Positions 57,832 through 64,000 of a DNA stretch of 64,000 nucleotides are shown here, in pieces. The DNA is from Kiloniellaceae bacterium. GTDB lineage: Bacteria; Pseudomonadota; Alphaproteobacteria; Kiloniellales; Kiloniellaceae. The stretch lies in contig JAVJNS010000026.1 in assembly GCA_040217155.1 (NCBI GenBank), positions 94,366 to 158,365 on the forward strand. The letters are read 5' to 3'. The notes beneath the pieces were generated by a model that had not been told where the DNA came from, did no database searches, and was given only the letters and a program-made list of their open reading frames with translations. Positions within the stretch are counted from its first letter, which is position 1. Each line of letters starts with the position of its first letter. A program made the position numbers and the translations under genes.

Positions 57832-58968
57832 TCAACTGTTCATCAATGCGACGACGCGCTCATTGAATCTCCGTGAGACGTCCGTCAAGTCTGTCAGTCG
57901 CCGCGCTTGGCGGGCAACGCGTTCGCCGTCGTCGACGACAGCGAGGATTGTGTCTAGCATTGCCTCGGTCGAGCACCCTTCGGGATAACTCTGCGTATTG
58001 ATCATTGCCTTGTCTTCGCCGATTTGGTTCAGGAAGAAGCGGTTCTTGTTATGGCTGCCCAGGCCTATGACCGGCGTGCCAAGCCCAAAGGGAATAATGT
58101 TGGAATGGCCGCGCATGCCGATCACCAAGTCCATTTGGCGATAGATATCGGCAAAGAGCGGTAGTTGCGCCTGCGATGCTGGGTAGAGAGAGGGGACCTC
58201 GAATTCGACATTGTAGAAGGCGTCCCCCAAACGCTCTTTGAAGAAGGGGGCGACCTCGCTATCGATGTTTTCCGAGAGATGCGGGATGAAGATCACCTTG
58301 CCGCCACCCTGGCGCGCCAACAATTTCTTGATTGCCGCGCAGAGCGCGTCGATGACTTCAAGTCGGGTCTCCTCCCAAGGCTCCGGAAAACGATAGAAGT
58401 TGCGGTCACCGGCCCAGTTGAGGCCAATCTTATAGTCGCTGTCACTGATGCCCGGTAGCGTGAGCGGTGCAGTAGGCACAAACATGCCGGGATCTGGAAT
58501 CACTTCCATGTTGGCCGCGGAAAGACCTCGTGCTTCCAGCTCGTCGAAAGTACCCTGATTGCGGACGGAGAACAGCGCGGCTTTTGCCTGAGTGGCGCGC
58601 AAATGCACGTCCATCTGTGGCTTGAATCCGCGGTCGTCAAAGTAGAATTTGTTGAAGCCGATGCCATAGACCACCATTGGAACGGTCAGACGATCGAGGT
58701 CCTCGAGTGAAATGTTGAACTGCCAGCCTGACTGGCTGTCATCCTCGGGTCTGTGGAACACCATGCCACCGCCGCCGACCAGGAGCATGTCGCCGTCGAC
58801 GTTGATCATCTCGACAAGATCACGGTGAAATCGTGTGGTCTGACAATTGACGGGAATGAACTCCAGCGGTGACTCGCTTACGGCGCGCAGCATGCGCATT
58901 TCGCCAAGCTGCAGGGCGAAGTCGCCGTAATTCCGATGCCAGCCGCCAACATGGTAGATTCTTTTCAC
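57832..58968 (-). CDS. Polysaccharide pyruvyl transferase family protein
   Basis: NYGD, LVGGGG, GIG, SVRN, PDP, IGMRGH..I.....GTP. Confidence 0.85.
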   Translation of the reverse strand: MKRIYHVGGWHRNYGDFALQLGEMRMLRAVSESPLEFIPVNCQTTRFHRDLVEMINVDGDMLLVGGGGMVFHRPEDDSQSGWQFNISLEDLDRLTVPMVVYGIGFNKFYFDDRGFKPQMDVHLRATQAKAALFSVRNQGTFDELEARGLSAANMEVIPDPGMFVPTAPLTLPGISDSDYKIGLNWAGDRNFYRFPEPWEETRLEVIDALCAAIKKLLARQGGGKVIFIPHLSENIDSEVAPFFKERLGDAFYNVEFEVPSLYPASQAQLPLFADIYRQMDLVIGMRGHSNIIPFGLGTPVIGLGSHNKNRFFLNQIGEDKAMINTQSYPEGCSTEAMLDTILAVVDDGERVARQARRLTDLTDVSRRFNERVVALMNS

Positions 58969-59669
58969 TCTAAGGTCTCCCGTTCGCCCAACGGCACAAG
59001 CGCCTCGGCCATGGCGAAGTCGTCCAAGGTATTTATATCGATGGAGCGAAGCTTTGACATGACCGAGCCGGCGGCTCCGGAAATGTGGAAGCTTCGGTGT
59101 TCACGAAGTACAGAGGAAGCGGCAACGTAGATGGATCCATTCACCGCGTAAAGCTGTTCCACGTCTTGGCGTTGGAAGTTTCGGTTGCTGTCTTCCGTCA
59201 AAGGTTTCAGCCGTCCTTTCCGCATCCAACGCAAACTGCCCAGCGGGCTGCCAGCGGCACAGACGGAAATAACACTTGCTGCTCCCGAGTTGGCCAGCAT
59301 CTCCACTGCCTGGTCCACGTCACGGGCTGCACGTAGTGGACTGGTTGGCAAGAGCATGGTCACGACTCCAGGCGGCGTTCCCTCGTGCTCTTCCAGCCAA
59401 TCCAGAGCGTGCAAGACGGAATAAACGGAATGTACTTCGTCGCCGGCCAGCTCGGCGGGCCGGAGGAATGGTACCTCGGCTCCTGCCGCACGAGAGGCGT
59501 TAGCGATCTCCTCGTCGTCAGTGCTGACCAGCACCCGGTCGACAAGCCGCGCCGCAAGTGCTGCGGCAATGCTCCAGGCGATCAGCGGCTTTCCGCCGAG
59601 AGGCCGGATGTTCTTACGCGGAATCGCTTTAGAACCGCCCCGGGCGGGGATGACAGCTAGTGTGGTCAC
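58965..59669 (-). CDS. Acylneuraminate (nonulosonate) cytidylyltransferase, NeuA/PseF family
   Basis: IPARGGSKAIPRKN, GKPLI.WSI, VSTDDEEI, PFLRP.ELA.D, PTSPLR, NGSIY, SIDINT..DF. Confidence 0.93.
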   Translation of the reverse strand: MTTLAVIPARGGSKAIPRKNIRPLGGKPLIAWSIAAALAARLVDRVLVSTDDEEIANASRAAGAEVPFLRPAELAGDEVHSVYSVLHALDWLEEHEGTPPGVVTMLLPTSPLRAARDVDQAVEMLANSGAASVISVCAAGSPLGSLRWMRKGRLKPLTEDSNRNFQRQDVEQLYAVNGSIYVAASSVLREHRSFHISGAAGSVMSKLRSIDINTLDDFAMAEALVPLGERETLE

Positions 59670-59697
59670 GTCGTTCAGAACACCGCGTGGCTTGGGA

Positions 59698-60552
59698 TCA
59701 AATCGTGTCTTTGCGACGCAACTTCTCGGCGATCGGCTTTTCCGAATCGTAGATCACGATATTGCCGTCGCCGCGTGCCACTTCCCAGGCGCGGATATCG
59801 CGCACCAAACGCTCCAGGCCGGGCAGTTCGATCGAAGCGGCCTGGTCGGAGCCCCACATGGCGCGGCTCAGGGTGATATGCCGCTCAATGGACTTCACAC
59901 CCAAAGCTGCGGCCATGATAGTGGTCGGTAGGCCGACCTCATGTCCGGAATAGCCGATGGGAATATTTGGAAACTCTTTCTCCAGAGTCTTTATTCCCAT
60001 GAGGTTCAGTTCTTCAGTCTTGGCCGGATAGGTCGAGGTGCAGTGGTAGAGACAGGCAATCGTGCCGCCGGCCTTGTCGACGGCTGCGACGATGCGCTTG
60101 ATCATATCGAGGTCACACATGCCGGTAGAAATCAGAAGCGGTTTTCCGGTCGCCGCACAGTGCTTCAGCAAATCAAGGTCCGTGGCGGAGGCGGAAGCGA
60201 TTTTCAGGTAGGGAATGTCATACTGCGCCAGGAAATCGACAGACCCTTCATCCCAAGGTGAGGCAAACCATTCAATATCGATTTCTTTGCACAGCTTGTC
60301 GATTTGGTCGTACTCCGACTTGCCAAACTCGAGGCCCCGTTTCAGGTCGCCGTTGGTCTCGCCAAAGGGATTTTCGCGGGGCTTTGCCAGTTCTTCTGGA
60401 GCGTAGACTACTTCCAGTGTGCGCTTCTGGAACTTCACCGCGTCACAGCCGGCGTCTTTGGCGGCCTTGATCAGCTGCTTTGCGGTGCCGATATCGCCAT
60501 TGTGATTGATACCGATCTCGGCGACGACGTAACACCTGCCTTGTTGGATCAT
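59698..60552 (-). CDS. Short N-acetylneuraminate-synthase (NeuB/SpsE) family protein lacking the SAF domain
   Basis: AEIGINHNGD, DAVKFQKRT, ASPWD, KIASA, ISTGM, HCTSTYP, GYSGHE, IERHITL. 284 aa. Confidence 0.92.
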   Translation of the reverse strand: MIQQGRCYVVAEIGINHNGDIGTAKQLIKAAKDAGCDAVKFQKRTLEVVYAPEELAKPRENPFGETNGDLKRGLEFGKSEYDQIDKLCKEIDIEWFASPWDEGSVDFLAQYDIPYLKIASASATDLDLLKHCAATGKPLLISTGMCDLDMIKRIVAAVDKAGGTIACLYHCTSTYPAKTEELNLMGIKTLEKEFPNIPIGYSGHEVGLPTTIMAAALGVKSIERHITLSRAMWGSDQAASIELPGLERLVRDIRAWEVARGDGNIVIYDSEKPIAEKLRRKDTI

Positions 60553-60665
60553 TTCAGTACTTTCATGCTTGTGGTGTGAGTGGAGCGCAGCATTGCTGCT
60601 CGTCGGCGGATTTCGCAGACGGCTTATTGGTGGAAAGGCGTGGTTGCGACCTTCGATCTCAGTGA

Positions 60666-61526
60666 CTAGTGGATTTCAATTTTCCAGCGTTCGGCCAGAT
60701 AAGTGTTTTCGTTCTCGAACCGGGCCATGATTTGCGACTTAAGGTCATTGTCGATGACTGGGCGCTCGGTAGCCCGGTGCAGATTGAAGCGTCCATGCAG
60801 TCTACTGCGCAGTCTGTGCAGACTACGGCTATCGTCGGTCATCACAAAGTTCAGGGCATAGAGCGGCCAGGCGAGGGCCTGAGAGCGCAGCTCGTAGGGA
60901 TTCTCGTTGAAGCGTGTGCTGGCATCGATCTGCTGTCTGGGGAGGCCGAGAAAATCAAGTGCCCGGTCGCAGGTCGCCTGAGGCTCTCGTACCAGTTCAT
61001 CGAAAGTGAAAAGCAAAATGCTCTCCGCCGGGAAGTGCTCTGCGAAGCGGTCCAGCTGGGCCGCATAGTAGCCGCGGTCGAGATAGGAGAAGTGCTGCTG
61101 GAAGTAGGCGTTGCGGGCAATGCGCCGAGGTTCACGCGCCAAGGCCTGTGTGAAAGCCCGCGCCTCACGTCCTTTACGAACATTGTGACGCCAATGGGCG
61201 AAGGCGCGGTCGGCCTGGTTGCGCAACACGGCAATAAGCTTTGCGTCAGGGTTATAAGCTGCGATGTTTTCAGCGTACTTTGGATCGTAAATCCACAGCG
61301 GCCGCTTTTGCAGCACGATCTTCTGGCCGGTATAGTTGGCGGCGTCTGCCGTCTCCGCAATGGGCCCCTCTGAGGTTGTGGAACCCGGCGACAGGTCGAA
61401 GGGATGCGGGGCAGCACGGCTGGAGGCAATCTTGGGCAGGCACACTTCAGGGTGTTGAGCCAGATAGTGGCCAAGCGAGGTCGTGGCGCATTTCTGGGCG
61501 CCAATGATGACGGTGTTGATCCGCAT
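60666..61526 (-). CDS. Sulfotransferase-domain protein (PAPS-dependent family)
   Basis: 5'-PSB motif IIGAQKCATTSL, KLIA.LRN..DRA..HW, YLDRGYY..QL, FLGL. Confidence 0.8.
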   Translation of the reverse strand: MRINTVIIGAQKCATTSLGHYLAQHPEVCLPKIASSRAAPHPFDLSPGSTTSEGPIAETADAANYTGQKIVLQKRPLWIYDPKYAENIAAYNPDAKLIAVLRNQADRAFAHWRHNVRKGREARAFTQALAREPRRIARNAYFQQHFSYLDRGYYAAQLDRFAEHFPAESILLFTFDELVREPQATCDRALDFLGLPRQQIDASTRFNENPYELRSQALAWPLYALNFVMTDDSRSLHRLRSRLHGRFNLHRATERPVIDNDLKSQIMARFENENTYLAERWKIEIH

Positions 61527-61599
61527 GGCCGGACGGTTCTACGCGCTTTCGAGTTCTAAGGTGGGACGGGGCTTTAGCCCATCTTTCGCAGTTTTTCTG

Positions 61600-62667
61600 C
61601 TAGTGAGACAAGCTTTTTTCCGGAGCGCCGTCTATCAGGCTCCAGTCCAGTGGGGTGCCGCGTTTAATATCCACTTTCGCCGCCCGCCCCAGCAAATCCA
61701 GCATGTGCTTGGGCGGCAATCCATAGCCCGGCCGGATGGCGCGCAGGTTTTGCTCGGTGAAGGCCTCGCCGGCGGCGATGTCTTCGACGACGTAAAGCGA
61801 ACGGCGGAATGCGGCGTTGCCTTCCTCGCTGGGCTTGCGGGTGTAGTCGACATTGCCCAGCGCCTGCCAGGTGGTGCGGCAGCTGTCGCAGAGTTGCTTC
61901 AATTCTTCGGGCTCCAGTGAGAAGGCGGCATCCGGGCCGCCGTCGTCCCGGCGCAGGGTGAAGTGCTTCTCAATGACCTGGGCGCCCAGCGCCACCGCGG
62001 CAACCGGTACTTCCGGGCCGAGAGTGTGGTCCGAAAGTCCGGCGGCGGCGTCAAAGCGTGCCGCCAGGTCCGGCAGGGTGCGCAGATTGGCCTCTTCGGC
62101 GGGCGTCGGATAGCCGCTGATGCAATGCAGCAGCACAATCTCGCCGGAGCCGTGCTCGCGCGCCGTCGCCATGGCCTCGCCGATTTCTTCGAGGTTCGCC
62201 ATGCCGGTGGAGATGATCATCGGCTTGCCAGTTGCGGCGACCTTCGCGATCAGGGGCAGGTCGATAACTTCGAAGGAAGCGATCTTGTAGGCGGGCGCGC
62301 CCAGGCCTTGGAGAAAATCCACCGCCGTTGCGTCGAAGGGACTGCTGAACACCGCCAGGCCGAGTTCCTTGCCTTTGGCGAAGAGCGCTTCATGCCAATC
62401 CCAGGGCGTATGGGCCCATTGGTAAAGCTCATAGAGGGTTTTGCCGTCCCACAAGCCGCCTTTGATGCGAAAGTCAGCGCCGGGATGGTCGATGGTCATG
62501 GTGTCCGCGGTGTAGGTCTGCAGTTTCACTGCATCGGCGCCGGCCGCGGCGGCGGCTTCGACCAGCGCCAGGGCGCGCGCCAGGTCACCGTTATGATTGC
62601 CCGACATCTCGGCAATGATGTAGGGCGGCTGGCCTGGGCCGATTTGGCGTCCTGCGATCTCGATCAT
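61600..62667 (-). CDS. pseI: Pseudaminic acid synthase
   Basis: [72 protein letters not shown] (SAF domain). Confidence 0.92.
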   Translation of the reverse strand: MIEIAGRQIGPGQPPYIIAEMSGNHNGDLARALALVEAAAAAGADAVKLQTYTADTMTIDHPGADFRIKGGLWDGKTLYELYQWAHTPWDWHEALFAKGKELGLAVFSSPFDATAVDFLQGLGAPAYKIASFEVIDLPLIAKVAATGKPMIISTGMANLEEIGEAMATAREHGSGEIVLLHCISGYPTPAEEANLRTLPDLAARFDAAAGLSDHTLGPEVPVAAVALGAQVIEKHFTLRRDDGGPDAAFSLEPEELKQLCDSCRTTWQALGNVDYTRKPSEEGNAAFRRSLYVVEDIAAGEAFTEQNLRAIRPGYGLPPKHMLDLLGRAAKVDIKRGTPLDWSLIDGAPEKSLSH

Positions 62668-62714
62668 ATCGTCTCGGTCCTGTTTCGGGCCGCGCTGCGG
62701 TCCAGAGGTACTGC

Positions 62715-64000
62715 TTAGTAGCCTAGCGTCTTAGCAGACGGCATCGGATAGCTATAGAGCAGTCCGTCCGATCCTGGTTGGTAGTCCGCCGCCCGGAAGA
62801 GGTTGGCCGAAGCTTGGTTTCCCTCGAGAACCTCGGCAACGATGATGGCCTTGCCCTGCCAGCGGCGCAGAAACGTCAGTGCCTCCAGAGCGATCCCCAG
62901 CCCGCGGCGCTCGGGATCCACCAAGATCGAGACCTCGCAATGCGGCGGTTGAAGGCTGTCGCCTGTGGAATGAAGTGGGTCGAGGCGCAGCATGCCCGCG
63001 GCCTCGCCGTCCAGTGTGATGATGGCCAACAGACACTCCGGATCGGCCAGACGCTCGGAGAACCAGGCGTGGTGTTCATCGACACTCGGCACCTTGGGAT
63101 TGCGTGAGAAGCGGCGTGTCGTCGGATGGCGCTGCCAGCACAGGATCGTCTCCTCATCGCCAGCCCCGGCCAGACGAAGCGCGACCGGGCGCTGATCTTT
63201 CGCAAGGCCGGGAACGGCAAGGGCGAGGCTGGCGCGGTCGCAGCCGCGGCCATCGCAGATCTCCGCGGACCGCGCACTGAGGTTTCGCAGATCGTTCGGG
63301 TTTGCCGCCAGCCCGCATAGCGCTTCGGCAATCTGATCGGCCAGCCTGGCACGCGGTCCGGCGATCCAGCGGGCAGCGCCTGAGCTGCTGACTGTCTCGG
63401 CTATGAGACGTTGGTTTTGTGCGATCACCACCATGAGGCTGGGCAGTCCAAGACAGCAGCGCTCCCAGGTTGAGGTGCCGGCGGCACCTACTGCAATATC
63501 GGCGCGGCTCATCAACTGAGGTATGTCTCTTGCATTGACGTGGACTTCGCCCTCTTGAGGCATGGCTGCGATCTCCGCGCGCACCGCCGCCGCGTGCGGA
63601 GCGGCCGCCCCGAGTATCACGTCGACGGCCACGTCGAGGCCGCTCGCGGCAATTCCCCGCAGCGCGTCGATGCTGTGGTTCTCTGGATCCGTCGCGCCGA
63701 GACTGATGAGCACGCGCTGCAGGCGCCCGGCGCTGCGGCGTTTCAGACTGGACTGACGCGCTGCAGCAAAGGCCGGCCGTAGCAAAGCATAGTCACTGCC
63801 TGCCAGAACCCGGCAGCCTGGAGGCACCAGGCCGGCGTAGTCGTCAGCGCCGCGGCCAAATGTTTGATCCAGGAGAACATCGCAGTCATGACGACGGTCG
63901 GCGAGGTCGTCGAGGACCAGGATTGCCTTAGCCCAACTGCGGCACTCTGCCTCCCAGCCAGCATCGCGTTCATAGTGGTCGACGACAAGCCAGTCGGCGC
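62715..64000 (-). CDS. pseG: UDP-2,4-diacetamido-2,4,6-trideoxy-beta-L-altropyranose hydrolase fused to a C-terminal GNAT (PseH-like) domain; 5' end outside the window
   Basis: Frame stays open to the window end (ADWLVVDHY...[18 protein letters not shown]). [34 protein letters not shown]; then W...P..RRFS, EHHAWF, G.LRLD, SI.V.P..RG.G. Confidence 0.9.
   Translation of the reverse strand, partial: ADWLVVDHYERDAGWEAECRSWAKAILVLDDLADRRHDCDVLLDQTFGRGADDYAGLVPPGCRVLAGSDYALLRPAFAAARQSSLKRRSAGRLQRVLISLGATDPENHSIDALRGIAASGLDVAVDVILGAAAPHAAAVRAEIAAMPQEGEVHVNARDIPQLMSRADIAVGAAGTSTWERCCLGLPSLMVVIAQNQRLIAETVSSSGAARWIAGPRARLADQIAEALCGLAANPNDLRNLSARSAEICDGRGCDRASLALAVPGLAKDQRPVALRLAGAGDEETILCWQRHPTTRRFSRNPKVPSVDEHHAWFSERLADPECLLAIITLDGEAAGMLRLDPLHSTGDSLQPPHCEVSILVDPERRGLGIALEALTFLRRWQGKAIIVAEVLEGNQASANLFRAADYQPGSDGLLYSYPMPSAKTLGY

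Noticed and set aside
1-64000. CRISPR arrays, rRNA/tRNA genes, transposases, prophage or defence genes
   Set aside because: No regularly spaced direct repeats or recognisable motifs were found by eye; small RNAs could be missed without covariance searches.

Overview
GC-rich bacterial DNA whose gene content points to an alphaproteobacterium (Rhodospirillales/Kiloniellales-like; inference). Layout: (i) 64-4117, two ATP-grasp proteins flanking a CocE/NonD hydrolase; (ii) 4204-14327, a hopanoid cluster (hpnM, hpnA, hpnH, hpnG, shc, hpnE, hpnD, hpnC, hpnB); (iii) 14453-27138, three stand-alone PAS_5-type proteins, an HD hydrolase, a phosphonate-monoester-hydrolase-like sulfatase, several oxidoreductases, an enolase-superfamily enzyme, an unusually long C45 Ntn-hydrolase, panC and a YjbR-like protein; (iv) 27347-40402, organic/sugar-acid catabolic genes around dusA, including a FadR-type regulator with a visible operator, a TauT/NitT-type ABC transporter, two FAH proteins, an Ldh-2 oxidoreductase and an IlvD/Edd dehydratase; (v) 40674-40972, a 299-bp non-coding element with a perfect 17-bp terminal inverted repeat and a highly structured interior (MITE-like); (vi) 42051-64000, a surface-glycan locus of about 22 kb on the minus strand (waaA, glycosyltransferases, four methyltransferase domains, ABC flippase, pyruvyltransferase, CMP-nonulosonate synthetase, two nonulosonate synthases, sulfotransferase, PseG-GNAT fusion truncated by the window end). 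No rRNA, tRNA, CRISPR array, transposase or integrase was recognised. All functional calls come from motif recognition by eye; no searches were run. Several start codons were moved from the ORF track to more plausible positions.
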